IMG/VR virus record: IMGVR_UViG_3300044796_000657
Span: 186,001 to 250,000 of that record
Length of the DNA: 64,000 nucleotides
Strand: one strand, 5' to 3'
In this document: positions 38,432-48,216 of the stretch, piece by piece
How the letters are laid out: each line of letters begins with the position of its first letter
How positions within the stretch are numbered: the first letter of the stretch is position 1
Position numbers and translations under genes: made by a program
The notes under the pieces: model-generated
What the model was told of the DNA's origin: nothing
Seen by the model: the letters and a program-made list of their open reading frames with translations, nothing else
The model's database searches: none

Positions 38432-40066
38432 TCAAACCTTCTTTGCTAGTTTGCTGAACATACGGCTCAGAGCGGGCGTAAAATCCCCACGCTCTATAAC
38501 GGTGTTAATGATGAACGGCTCTTTGCATACAAGGGCTTGCGACAAAGCAGCATCCAACTCATCTTCAGTAGTTGCCTTGGCACCCTTACCACCACCGACC
38601 AACAACGGCATATTTTCAAAATTCCAATTTTGGATGTCGTTGAATGAACCCTCCAAGAGAATTCTTTCGGTGCCATATCCACCATTGTTGAGAACGATCA
38701 CAATTGGATTCATCTTACGACGAACCAAAGTGCTGAATTCCTGTCCTGTCATTTGGAAGGCACCATCACCCACCAATACAATTGGCCGCATCTTTGGATT
38801 GGCCAATTGAGCACCTAACGCAGCAGGCACAGCAAATCCCATACTGGTATAGAATGCTGACGCCAAAAACTGATTGTGGCCGTGTACAGTGACATCCAAG
38901 GCACCGAACAAGCTATCACCAACATCAGCGATAACAGTCATATCTTCGGTCAAGATAGCGTTAACTTTCTCCATCAACCGGTCGGCCTTGAGAGTAACGC
39001 CGCACTTGGCTTCCCATTTTTCGGTATACGCCGGGCCGGGCATCTTGACGCTTTCACGCCGTTGGAATTTGTGCTTACACAATCCGTCAACGAAGTCGCC
39101 AAACTGCACGTTGGCATACGTGTGGTTTCTCACCTGCATGGTTTGACTGGTTGCGTTGATCGTATTGCGACGTTTGTGACGCAGTGGCAAGAATCCGAGA
39201 TTCATATCCGTCATCATCACGCCCAACATAATCACGCAATCGCTCTTGGCGAAGAAGTCAACCACTTCTGGACGACTTGTACTTTCGCTGTACACACCCA
39301 ACGACATTGGATGCCGCTCACCAATACACGACTTGCCCAAGATGTCCGTAGCGATTGGAATGCCGGTTTGTTCGGCAAATTTCATTAACTTTTGACCCAA
39401 ACCAAATCGGGCAACTTCAACGCCTGCCCAAATCACCGGGTTTTTGGCATTGGTGATCCAGTTAATCGTATCCGACAAAATTTCCTGTAGGTTCTCTTGA
39501 TCGGAAGATATATTGGAAGGAGTGCCTACTGTGTAAGCATCGTACGTAATTGGCTTTTCAACCATATCACGGGGTAACTCGATGTATACCGGTTGCTTGT
39601 AGTGTTTGGCTGCTTCGAGAACTCTGTCGATTTCAAAAGCCGCTCGACTTGGATCACGAAGTACCGTATTGGCACAAGTGATGTTCTCAAAAATTTCATG
39701 CTGGCATTCAAAACTGCGTACCATATGGTGAAGTAAAACGTCACCATTACGCTCTTTCATACCCGGTGATCCGGAAATCACGACCACAGGACTCTTTTCG
39801 GCGAATGCACCACCAATAGCATTGATAAGGCTAAATCCACCGACGCAATATGTCACACAAACCGCTGACATACCACCATTGTTAACACGGGCATAACCAT
39901 CAGCAGCAAAGCCAGCATTAGCTTCATTGGTAGTACCAACTAACTCTATGTTGCTCTTTTCAACGTACTTATTGAAAGCCAATGAATAGTCGCCGGGAAC
40001 ATTCAGCATGTGATTGACGCCGTTACTCTTTAACCGCTCAATCAAAAATTGGGCCACGTTAGGCAT
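38432..40066 (-). CDS. ThDP-dependent alpha-keto acid decarboxylase (pyruvate/indolepyruvate decarboxylase family)
   Basis: VPGDY, NEANAGFAADGYAR, AFAE..PV, LLHH, GDGAFQMT.QE...LNNGGYG.ER. Confidence 0.93.
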   Translation of the reverse strand: MPNVAQFLIERLKSNGVNHMLNVPGDYSLAFNKYVEKSNIELVGTTNEANAGFAADGYARVNNGGMSAVCVTYCVGGFSLINAIGGAFAEKSPVVVISGSPGMKERNGDVLLHHMVRSFECQHEIFENITCANTVLRDPSRAAFEIDRVLEAAKHYKQPVYIELPRDMVEKPITYDAYTVGTPSNISSDQENLQEILSDTINWITNAKNPVIWAGVEVARFGLGQKLMKFAEQTGIPIATDILGKSCIGERHPMSLGVYSESTSRPEVVDFFAKSDCVIMLGVMMTDMNLGFLPLRHKRRNTINATSQTMQVRNHTYANVQFGDFVDGLCKHKFQRRESVKMPGPAYTEKWEAKCGVTLKADRLMEKVNAILTEDMTVIADVGDSLFGALDVTVHGHNQFLASAFYTSMGFAVPAALGAQLANPKMRPIVLVGDGAFQMTGQEFSTLVRRKMNPIVIVLNNGGYGTERILLEGSFNDIQNWNFENMPLLVGGGKGAKATTEDELDAALSQALVCKEPFIINTVIERGDFTPALSRMFSKLAKKV

Positions 40067-40102
40067 TTTGCACCATTCTCTATTGGAGCCAAAAACTTTT
40101 AT

Positions 40103-40930
40103 TTATTGAACCACTTCACTTGTGGGGCTATCTACAATTTGGATCAAAAACCCATCGGAATCCATAGGAAATCGGCGAACCCACTCTACGCCTGCACCTA
40201 TATCGCAACCACTAACAGTAGGAATAAAACTTGGAATTGCGCTCGGTGTGATTGTAATCGTACTAGGACTTCCCACACAACTTTTCAAAGGCATCACACC
40301 CCAAAACATCATACTACTTTCCGACTGCATCTTCAATAACTTAAACTCCATCCAATAACAACCCGGCAAACAAGTATCCGCTGGAAGCCAATTGTAGATC
40401 AATTGCGAGTCCATAACGACATCTTTCTGTACAGTTCCATCTAATTGAGGAATGTCTTCTAAGATGGTCGATGTTTCGGCAACCCCATTCAAAATGCGAA
40501 ACACTTTGAAGGATTGGCCTTTTTTGTAGGTACCAGCACTTGTGCCATTGTACCCACGTTGTACTTGTACTAAGTGTAGATTTTCATCAAAACCGAGAAC
40601 GAGTAATTGTTCGGGATTACGAATTCGATCTACTACAATTATATCGCCGACGTTGACTTGATAAAAGCCAACATTGTCAGCAAAACCAAAATAGGTATCT
40701 GTAGATGATACCGCTTTCTTCATTTTTCCTTTAGCCCACATGGAAACTTCGGCAATGGTATCCGTTAAGTCCAGTGGACCATTACAATCATTTACTGATA
40801 CACGGAAAGGCGGGAGGGTGTCATGCCTCTTAATTTGAAAATCAGGGCACACACCCGGAGGACACCCGAACACATCGGGGCATATTGATTGGGTGGGGCA
40901 GCATTGTCTAGTGTTTGATCCGCAACTCAT
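40103..40930 (-). CDS. BppU-like virion structural protein
   Basis: F.IKR.DT.P...DLT...Y.W...DT..PG.Y..EF...FP pattern with insertion; TAAATA-N4 upstream. Confidence 0.6.
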   Translation of the reverse strand: MSCGSNTRQCCPTQSICPDVFGCPPGVCPDFQIKRHDTLPPFRVSVNDCNGPLDLTDTIAEVSMWAKGKMKKAVSSTDTYFGFADNVGFYQVNVGDIIVVDRIRNPEQLLVLGFDENLHLVQVQRGYNGTSAGTYKKGQSFKVFRILNGVAETSTILEDIPQLDGTVQKDVVMDSQLIYNWLPADTCLPGCYWMEFKLLKMQSESSMMFWGVMPLKSCVGSPSTITITPSAIPSFIPTVSGCDIGAGVEWVRRFPMDSDGFLIQIVDSPTSEVVQ

Positions 40931-40933
40931 GCT

Positions 40934-41491
40934 TTATTTAGGTGTCCATATATCCTTTTCAAACAAACCTTTTTCTTCCATCCAATTAACTCGCTCTTTT
41001 ACCCAAAGCAAAGAACCAGTAAATTTTTCAACTACAATACCAGCTCGTTTAGCAATGTCTTCACCGTAACGAAAATGGTTTTTGTCAACCATCTTCAATG
41101 CTAATGGCCCCCAAACCACCCGCTTGATGCCCTTGTCGGCAATCTCCAACATACATCGCATACAAGGATGGCCCGTCACATACATCGTACAACCTTCTAA
41201 TCCATTGATAGAAATCGCACGTGAATGTCTGATGGCATTCTCTTCGGCATGTTTGATATAAGGATACTTGCCTAAATCATCTGGATTTTTTGGATCGGGT
41301 CTTGACCAATCAATCTCTTTGTCATTGATAGCTCTAGGAATGCCGTTCATGCCAAAGCCCAAAGGCACATTATTGGCATCAATAACAGCAGCGCCGGTTT
41401 GACTATTTGGATCTTTGGAACGACCGGAATATTGATAAAGAAGCCCGATATAGAACGAATCCCAATCGGGCACTGAACGAGGTGGTGTCAT
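40934..41491 (-). CDS. dCMP deaminase
   Basis: WD, RSKDP..Q.GA, G.NG.P, KYPY..HAE.NAI, PC..C. Confidence 0.9.
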   Translation of the reverse strand: MTPPRSVPDWDSFYIGLLYQYSGRSKDPNSQTGAAVIDANNVPLGFGMNGIPRAINDKEIDWSRPDPKNPDDLGKYPYIKHAEENAIRHSRAISINGLEGCTMYVTGHPCMRCMLEIADKGIKRVVWGPLALKMVDKNHFRYGEDIAKRAGIVVEKFTGSLLWVKERVNWMEEKGLFEKDIWTPK

Positions 41492-42438
41492 ATTGTCATC
41501 TGTAGGTAAGAAATTTCGTAAGCATCACTCGGATAATCTTGGCGAGTCTTTAACAAAAGTCCCCGCTGATCGGGCGTCAAAGACTTCTCTATCACTTTTT
41601 CAGGAATAGGGATTTGAGACGACCAATTCCCCACATGTGGCATCATAATCCTAAAGCCGAAGGGAACAGTTCCCAAGTTAATGAACGTTACGCAAGATGC
41701 GATAAATGAATCACTTGAAGCCTCTCTGGCATATCCACCATAAGCAGTACCGCCCTGACACTTGATTTTACACAAGACGTTCTTGGTATCATCCTTGCTT
41801 TTAACCACAGCGTAAATTAACGTACGTTCGGCGTCACGAACAATTTTGATACTTTCACGAATGGTCTCAAAGACTTGTTGATCAGATGCATTGCGTGCGG
41901 TATCGCTATCGATTTCCGGCAAAATTTCGCCACGCTCTTGTTCTTCAATCTTTGCCGATGGTGGGAGATAAGCACCGCCCGAATAAGCGACCTTCGGAAG
42001 AGCCTTACCTACACTATGACTCCCTTGAAAGTTATAGCTTGGGAGCGATCCTTGTGTCCGTTGGTAAGTTCCGCCCGATTGAATTTCAGCTCGTTGGTAA
42101 GTTTTGAAAGTTCCGCCCGATGTTTCAGACTCCTCTAATACTTCCTTAACTGTTTTTCCAGACTTTAACAACGGCTCAGGCGCAACACCAAGAGTTGCCG
42201 TTTTTGATTGGACTTCACCGGTTGGGTATGCCGGATCAACTTCACCATATGTCATCAAATCGTCGTAAGCACGATAAGATGCCTTTTGTGGCGGCTCTTC
42301 GCTCATGAGGTTTTCTAATTCGTCCAACTCACGATTTTTACTTTTGACGTACTCTTCATATTGCACCAACGACAAATCTTTTGCTACTTTTTCCGCTGTC
42401 AGCTTTATCGATCTAATTTTGGTTTTGGTTTTTTTCAT
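41488..42438 (-). CDS. hypothetical protein
   Basis: 316-aa ORF with short internal duplication SGGT(F/Y)..YQR. Confidence 0.6.
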   Translation of the reverse strand: MKKTKTKIRSIKLTAEKVAKDLSLVQYEEYVKSKNRELDELENLMSEEPPQKASYRAYDDLMTYGEVDPAYPTGEVQSKTATLGVAPEPLLKSGKTVKEVLEESETSGGTFKTYQRAEIQSGGTYQRTQGSLPSYNFQGSHSVGKALPKVAYSGGAYLPPSAKIEEQERGEILPEIDSDTARNASDQQVFETIRESIKIVRDAERTLIYAVVKSKDDTKNVLCKIKCQGGTAYGGYAREASSDSFIASCVTFINLGTVPFGFRIMMPHVGNWSSQIPIPEKVIEKSLTPDQRGLLLKTRQDYPSDAYEISYLQMTI

Positions 42439-42453
42439 TGTGTTCTCTAAAAA

Positions 42454-42789
42454 TTAACATTCGTCAAATTTGTACTTGCCATCTTTGATAGCAATCAAAG
42501 TGTCGACATCGTAATCATCCGTAGCTTTTTTTTCGGCTTTTGTCAAAGACTGAATTCGGTTTAGCAAATATCGCAATCTAGCATTGGAGCAGACTAGGCC
42601 GGTGTGATCTACGAATTGGTCACAATAATCACCGTTACTGAGTATACCAACCATATGACCAAATTCAAGGTAGTATTTGGCGAAACAGGCCGGAAGTTCC
42701 GTACGAAAGTAATGAGACAGATAAGATAATTCCGATGAAAATTTAGGACTCATGAAATCGCCACGAATTATTTTAGCATCATCTGTCAT
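42454..42789 (-). CDS. hypothetical protein
   Basis: ATGA-coupled to RNA ligase. Confidence 0.55.
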   Translation of the reverse strand: MTDDAKIIRGDFMSPKFSSELSYLSHYFRTELPACFAKYYLEFGHMVGILSNGDYCDQFVDHTGLVCSNARLRYLLNRIQSLTKAEKKATDDYDVDTLIAIKDGKYKFDEC

Positions 42790-43769
42790 TGGTATTCTGT
42801 TCCTTTTCTACGCTGAAGATAAGCGGGGTTAATCTTCTTGAGAATGACCCGACCTATGTAATTGTTCCATCGCTCTTGTGTAGGACGAACAACCACGCCT
42901 TCCCGCATATGATCGCCCTGAAAAGCTTGGCCTTGTGACATTGCGGCCAATAATTCTTGGTCAAACGGCCCTCTGTAAATTAGAGGTGCTGTCGGCAAAT
43001 CCATATCTTGACAAAAGGAATTAAAGACATCGTAATTCACGTAAGTGTTATTAAAAGAAATATCAAACAATCTTAATTGTATTTCAGATGATCCATACTT
43101 CAAATCCTGTACTGGGCCGAATACCTCACCGAATAAAATCCACACGCCAGACGGCAGCTTTTCTCGCATTTTCTTTTCAATATCATTCTTGATAGCCGCA
43201 CGCCAATAGATGACACTTTCACTGTACGTCTTACAGTTATGATGACTGCCTACGTAAAATTTTCCATCAATCAGAGCGGCACGCCAATTTGTACCATGAA
43301 TTTTTTCAGTCATAACAACTTCTTCGCCCGGCTCTAAAACCTTACTGTAGTTGTTAAAATTCTGAATGTTGGTGTAATGATGGAAGAGTTCTGGTTCGGA
43401 TAGATTTTGCCCCCGCAAACTCAATGGAATTGGCTGTTGATATTTAACTACGCCAAAATGCTCCGTTAAGTCCGTACCTTCTTCCCAACCACCATCATTT
43501 GGCATAATCAAGCCACATGATGTGATACCACGCAATTTAACCACCTTAACTCTTTGCTTGCTCAACATGGACGTAATGTCCCACTTGTTGCTCAAGCCCA
43601 AAGGCAAGACGCTGTCTATTGGGAAATACAAAACCGTGTCCCCGACTTTGTACTTATCCTTTTGAACTACACATGTCCAATTGTTAACTGTTGCAACCGC
43701 AAGTTTGTCAGCATTGGGATGTGGTTCAATGTTTGTTATTTTAACGACTTCGACTTTTAATGTACTCAT
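42786..43769 (-). CDS. ATP-dependent RNA ligase, DRB0094 type (N-terminal OB domain)
   Basis: IEPHPNADKL OB module, TEKIHGTN motif I, FGE, LFDI, REGVVVR, ILK.I...YL. Confidence 0.92.
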   Translation of the reverse strand: MSTLKVEVVKITNIEPHPNADKLAVATVNNWTCVVQKDKYKVGDTVLYFPIDSVLPLGLSNKWDITSMLSKQRVKVVKLRGITSCGLIMPNDGGWEEGTDLTEHFGVVKYQQPIPLSLRGQNLSEPELFHHYTNIQNFNNYSKVLEPGEEVVMTEKIHGTNWRAALIDGKFYVGSHHNCKTYSESVIYWRAAIKNDIEKKMREKLPSGVWILFGEVFGPVQDLKYGSSEIQLRLFDISFNNTYVNYDVFNSFCQDMDLPTAPLIYRGPFDQELLAAMSQGQAFQGDHMREGVVVRPTQERWNNYIGRVILKKINPAYLQRRKGTEYQ

Positions 43770-43849
43770 TACCTTCTAGGTTAAATCATCCCCCTGTCAC
43801 CTACTGCAAATACGTAACACTCCAAGGACTCTAATCCTACCTTTAATAA

Positions 43850-44185
43850 TTATCGCAAATTTGTTGTTAGATTTGGGCCAATGAGAGTTGGCGGTTCGAA
43901 TACCGTCCAACCATTACCCTTGTTGGTATAGCAAAATAAATCAATTTCAGGCGATTTGCGTATGACTGTTTTTGCATACCGAATAAAAAAGTCTTGCACA
44001 TCTTCAAAGAACATGATGTCTAAATTGCGTTTAACTGGTTGCTGGCATAGAAGAATAATTGTAGCCCACGGTGGCAACTTGATCGACAAAGATTCTAAGT
44101 GCTGGAAAACTTCTATCGGCTCTTTGTCGATGATTCCCAAAATGGAAATATCAATTTCATTTAACTTTATCCGGCTTTTACGCAT
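43850..44185 (-). CDS. hypothetical protein
   Basis: 111-aa ORF. Confidence 0.5.
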   Translation of the reverse strand: MRKSRIKLNEIDISILGIIDKEPIEVFQHLESLSIKLPPWATIILLCQQPVKRNLDIMFFEDVQDFFIRYAKTVIRKSPEIDLFCYTNKGNGWTVFEPPTLIGPNLTTNLR

Positions 44186-44568
44186 AGTGTCTTGTCTTTG
44201 AATTCGTATTGTTTATCAACGAGGTACCGCCATTCGCAGCCCTCAACCAATTCCAAATACAACAAGATCAATCCACCAATCATTTCTTGTTGTAAGTTTT
44301 TTTCCTCACACATATGAATGATTTTGGGTATCAGTCTTTCGCCCATCCTCGGACGATATTTGCTTTTTGCCAATTTATTAACACGACCCAATGCTTCATG
44401 TGCAATATCTACACTCTGAGTGAGTTTGATATTTAGTAATTTAACGTTCTCTGGATCTTTGATCGCATAGTTGGGGATAGGCCCACCACAGTAAAAATGC
44501 TCGTTTTCGAACATTCTTTCCACAGCATCCGATTCGGTAATGGCGACAGATAGTTTTTGCTCTTCCAT
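44167..44568 (-). CDS. hypothetical protein
   Basis: 133-aa ORF with SD and upstream promoter. Confidence 0.6.
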   Translation of the reverse strand: MEEQKLSVAITESDAVERMFENEHFYCGGPIPNYAIKDPENVKLLNIKLTQSVDIAHEALGRVNKLAKSKYRPRMGERLIPKIIHMCEEKNLQQEMIGGLILLYLELVEGCEWRYLVDKQYEFKDKTLCVKAG

Positions 44569-44591
44569 GACATTTCCCCTGATGAAAAAAG

Positions 44592-44620
44592 AGTATAAAC
44601 TTTCCTCTAGTCGCTTTCAA
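44592..44620 (-). promoter_or_regulatory. sigma70-type promoter
   Basis: TTGAAA-17 nt-TATACT. Confidence 0.55.
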
Positions 44621-44622
44621 TG

Positions 44623-44919
44623 TCACATATCGATTTCGCCTTCATCGATCAAAAAAGTCGGCATGTCTTTGTCGAGTTGCTCTACGACCATATAATCGTC
44701 GCTTAAACGAAGAGCTAATTTGCCGATTTTTTCCCCGTCTTCTAATATCCCTTCCAAAACATCCGTCAAATCACGATTGAGTATCGGATAACAACGCTGC
44801 AAATGGTCGAAATCACGTGAACACGCTTGAAATTTGCAAAATTTCTCCGCTAATTTTAAACGTGCTTCTGAAAACACATGACGAGGAATAACCACTCGTA
44901 CTCGTTTAGGGTGTGCCAT
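44623..44919 (-). CDS. hypothetical protein
   Basis: ATG at 44919 gives short overlap with upstream gene. Confidence 0.5.
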   Translation of the reverse strand: MAHPKRVRVVIPRHVFSEARLKLAEKFCKFQACSRDFDHLQRCYPILNRDLTDVLEGILEDGEKIGKLALRLSDDYMVVEQLDKDMPTFLIDEGEIDM

Positions 44920-45193
44920 CCAAATCATACCCCTGCATTTTGAGTTTGAGCAACCTGTACCCACCACAGTTGTTGCCCAGAGGCATACCCATACTGTATG
45001 GATCGACCCCTCTATCTTTGTGTTTCTTGATGAATTCGTCAACCTCAATATCTATTTCAGGTTTCTGTTGGCGAACCATTTTTAGACAATAAAATTTTCC
45101 GATAAGTGATTCATCTTCCGCCAAATAACGACATTGCGACGATCCACTGCCAAGCATGCAAATATCTTTGACTTGCTTCAAACTTAAAGCCAT
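44906..45193 (-). CDS. hypothetical Cys-containing protein
   Basis: C......CRYL...YC.K...G.NC.G. Confidence 0.6.
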   Translation of the reverse strand: MALSLKQVKDICMLGSGSSQCRYLAEDESLIGKFYCLKMVRQQKPEIDIEVDEFIKKHKDRGVDPYSMGMPLGNNCGGYRLLKLKMQGYDLDGTP

Positions 45194-45206
45194 GATCCAA
45201 CCTTAA

Positions 45207-45455
45207 TTATTCTGGATAAAAATGACGTAATATTCCAACCGCACGCCCGGATAGCCAATCATGCAACTTATCTTCATTGTCAGTCAAAAGTTCAACTGGA
45301 ATAAGAAGTGCTACACCTTTTACGTCGTCAAGACCTAAGCCGGTTTGGTCAACTAAAGAATTCAATACAGCCGATTTGGTTGTAGACTTTTGTTTAGCAA
45401 CTTTACCTAAAAGTTCGTCCGTTCGTTTGTTTACATATATCTGATTTTTGGGCAT
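45207..45455 (-). CDS. ribbon-helix-helix-like DNA-binding protein
   Basis: QIYV strand + ELL..VA....TKS.VL helices; AGGAGG SD. Confidence 0.5.
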   Translation of the reverse strand: MPKNQIYVNKRTDELLGKVAKQKSTTKSAVLNSLVDQTGLGLDDVKGVALLIPVELLTDNEDKLHDWLSGRAVGILRHFYPE

Positions 45456-45476
45456 CTTTCAATACCTCCTTTGTAA

Positions 45477-45764
45477 TTAATATTTGCCGAAACCCTTTTT
45501 GTCCTTCTTTTCCTTTTTCTCCTTGGCGTCTTCCTTGGCCTTCAATTCGGCTTCCATCGGCGCACGCTGCTTCGCCATTCTCTTACGACGACGAATATCA
45601 CAAGGTCGTACAAAGAATTCATGATCCCTATACGCTTGCGTTACACCAGCATCATTACAAGCCCTCTTCAAAGCTCGCAACAAACTCTGAATTGCCTTAT
45701 CACGCTCTTGCCTTCCGGCTCCCAATGGCAACCGGCGGGCTTCAACTCTAACGTTAATAGACAT
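45477..45764 (-). CDS. rpsU: ribosomal protein bS21-like
   Basis: VRV...IQSLLRALKR.C..AGV...YRDHEFFVRP...RRRKR; AGGAG SD. Confidence 0.8.
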   Translation of the reverse strand: MSINVRVEARRLPLGAGRQERDKAIQSLLRALKRACNDAGVTQAYRDHEFFVRPCDIRRRKRMAKQRAPMEAELKAKEDAKEKKEKKDKKGFGKY

Positions 45765-45774
45765 CAACAAACTC

Positions 45775-46872
45775 CTAATCGATTTTTGATAAATTGAACA
45801 ATCGGATGCCAAACTTCTTCGCTTTTCGCTCACGCACAAGACCATAAGGCGCAGGCAATGACGAAGGTAAAGTGGAAGGTAATTCGTCCCTATCAACCTT
45901 GGTTAACAAAGACTCAAGTTTAGTAATTACACCACTAATGACATTCGCATAATCGTTCCCTTCTATCATAGTTGCAAAGGAAAAAATATACGAATGCGGT
46001 AATTGATGCCCAACTAAATCATCTACTTCATAATCTTTGCAAGCGTTATATGTTTGTCTTTCAGTAACACAAACATAAGGAGCACGGGCCAATAAAGCCA
46101 ATCTACTATCCGCCGCAAACAAATCCACCAAACACCCAGAACGAATAATACTCAATTCGTCAGATGCTTTCAAGTTCGCAAAAATAGCACACCCAGTAAC
46201 GCTCGGCGATATATCATAAGTCCCTGCGTTTTGTAATATCACCGGATTATAACCCTCAGCAACCAATCTAGCTGCCAAAGCAACATACAACTGCCTGTTT
46301 ACCGTTTGTCTAATAAATCTTCCTTGTCGATTTACAATCACCGTTCGATTTGGAATAACGATAACACGATTATCACCCATTTTGGCAGCATACTCGGTTT
46401 TTACCTGTGGTATACTCGGCAAATAATTCGTAACAGATTGAAACTTCTGAAAAAACTTTGAAGTTAATCCAAAATCATAATATTCGTCCATTGATGTCAT
46501 TGTATCAGCGTATTTATTCAATTGCTTTTCCACGCAATTTGCCGCCTCACATTGACCCCACCCAATACTCTTATTGGCAATTTCATTACAAAGACTCTGA
46601 TTATTCAAACTCCAATATTCGTGCGCCAAAGGAAATAATCCGCCACGACCAGCAGGACCGGCAATAATTAAGTTAACATCACTCTTCAAATGATGATAAA
46701 GAAATACAGACAAAGCAAATTCATGCCTGCGGTCAGCAGTCAATGGCAAAATGAGAAACTTATCCGAAACCCGATCAGAATAAACCTCTCTGGTAAACCC
46801 CGTCTTGTCAGCAATACGTTCAATAAAATCTTTCACTCTTTCCCCCAATGCTTTTTGTCTACCATATCCCAA
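45775..46872 (-). CDS. GT-B fold (GT9-like) protein
   Basis: HEYW segment and LALLARAP C-terminal motif; paralogue of upstream gene. Confidence 0.55.
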   Translation of the reverse strand: MGYGRQKALGERVKDFIERIADKTGFTREVYSDRVSDKFLILPLTADRRHEFALSVFLYHHLKSDVNLIIAGPAGRGGLFPLAHEYWSLNNQSLCNEIANKSIGWGQCEAANCVEKQLNKYADTMTSMDEYYDFGLTSKFFQKFQSVTNYLPSIPQVKTEYAAKMGDNRVIVIPNRTVIVNRQGRFIRQTVNRQLYVALAARLVAEGYNPVILQNAGTYDISPSVTGCAIFANLKASDELSIIRSGCLVDLFAADSRLALLARAPYVCVTERQTYNACKDYEVDDLVGHQLPHSYIFSFATMIEGNDYANVISGVITKLESLLTKVDRDELPSTLPSSLPAPYGLVRERKAKKFGIRLFNLSKID

Positions 46873-47948
46873 TTTTCCGAATAGTTACCATTCTCTATCT
46901 CACGAACCGCTCGCCGCACAAGAGGAAATGCCGTATTGTGGTCGTTGGCAATGTCATTGAAATGGGATAAAACCAACTTCTTTTCGCCACGTGTACACAA
47001 TTCTAATCTCAATCCTTCGTGCCCCGCTCCAATAATCTGATCCGGGCTTTCAAAAATGATGAAAGGCACTCCTACCAAACCCGCCAATCGTGTTGAAGCA
47101 GTCCAAAATTGTATGGTGAATTTAAGATGCGAAACCAAACCCAGAGTACACTCCAAATCATTCGCTTCCGGCATAGAACTAAAATCTAAAATACGAGGAA
47201 ACGGGCAAGGATGAATAGATGTTTTTTCCCCTAGCCATACAGGATGATAACCCATATCCTCTAAAAGATATATCAAACGCTCATAAAACACAGGTGGTAA
47301 ATTTCTGCCGTAACAGTCACGATTGCGGGCTGTGATGCCTACCGAATTGGGTTGCAGATATTTACCCATCAACGCTTTCTTTGCATCAGAAACGTGCGGC
47401 CAAACGGCTTTTTTCTTGGCTTTTTCAATATTATCAAACAATCCCGGTGACCAATAAGTCGCATGGCAAAACCGGCAAACTTGTGCTTCTTTAATTTGCT
47501 TGATAGCTTTGCCACATGATGGACACACAGTTAACTTCGGATACACGGCAATATTGCCCATTTCACCAGCACCCAACAAATACCCAACTTCGGACATTTT
47601 CTGTTCAATCCTAGTTAAGTTTTTTGAATGATGATGAAATGCCCGACAATATTTTCGCAACCACATATGCTCTTCATTGATCTCCCAATATTCGTCCACT
47701 AAATGACGATACAGAAAATCTCTGCCCTTCCAACCAATGGCAATACTGTATTTGCCCCTTAAGTGCCGCAACAATATCGGGATACAATATACGCTTCCCA
47801 ATATCTCGGTACCGAACTCCGAAAAACAAGAAAATACGACGGTGTCTTTTTTATCCGGTCTGGTTCGGACGTTAAATTTATTAACGGTGAAATTGACCTC
47901 TTCAATCGTCTCTTCTGCCTCAGATTTAGAGGTAATAATTCTTCTCAC
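46833..47948 (-). CDS. GT-B fold (GT9-like) protein with Zn ribbon insert
   Basis: EFG.E, LYRHLVDEYW, CPSC..CRFC, RN, LAGLVGVP. Confidence 0.6.
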   Translation of the reverse strand: MRRIITSKSEAEETIEEVNFTVNKFNVRTRPDKKDTVVFSCFSEFGTEILGSVYCIPILLRHLRGKYSIAIGWKGRDFLYRHLVDEYWEINEEHMWLRKYCRAFHHHSKNLTRIEQKMSEVGYLLGAGEMGNIAVYPKLTVCPSCGKAIKQIKEAQVCRFCHATYWSPGLFDNIEKAKKKAVWPHVSDAKKALMGKYLQPNSVGITARNRDCYGRNLPPVFYERLIYLLEDMGYHPVWLGEKTSIHPCPFPRILDFSSMPEANDLECTLGLVSHLKFTIQFWTASTRLAGLVGVPFIIFESPDQIIGAGHEGLRLELCTRGEKKLVLSHFNDIANDHNTAFPLVRRAVREIENGNYSENWDMVDKKHWGKE

Positions 47949-47966
47949 AAATGCCTACCTACTGGT

Positions 47967-48212
47967 ATGAAATATATGCTTTTCTGTCAACACTGCTCTA
48001 ATAAAGTCTTTACCGATGGAAAAGACTTAGATTATCTTTACCAAGTACCTTTATCAGCAATTCCAAAAAGAGCGGATGGTAAAGATAAATCGCTTTTTGA
48101 GCAAAGAAAAAAGATCAAATGTCCTGAATGTGGCTACATTTTCACGATTGTTAAACTCAAACCAGATGAAGTAGTATCGCCCAAAGAAGAAAAAGAAATA
48201 GAAATACCTTAA
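47967..48212 (+). CDS. Zn-ribbon protein
   Basis: CQHC...KCPECG. Confidence 0.6.
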   Translation: MKYMLFCQHCSNKVFTDGKDLDYLYQVPLSAIPKRADGKDKSLFEQRKKIKCPECGYIFTIVKLKPDEVVSPKEEKEIEIP

Positions 48213-48216
48213 AAAT

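Noticed and set aside
38432-40066. Phosphonopyruvate decarboxylase completing an AEP pathway
   Set aside because: Length and motifs are PDC/IPDC family, not Ppd; no PEP mutase in window
42049-42128. Short direct repeats (AAGTTCCGCCCGAT, CGTTGGTAAGTT)
   Set aside because: In-frame intragenic duplication in a low-complexity linker; two copies only
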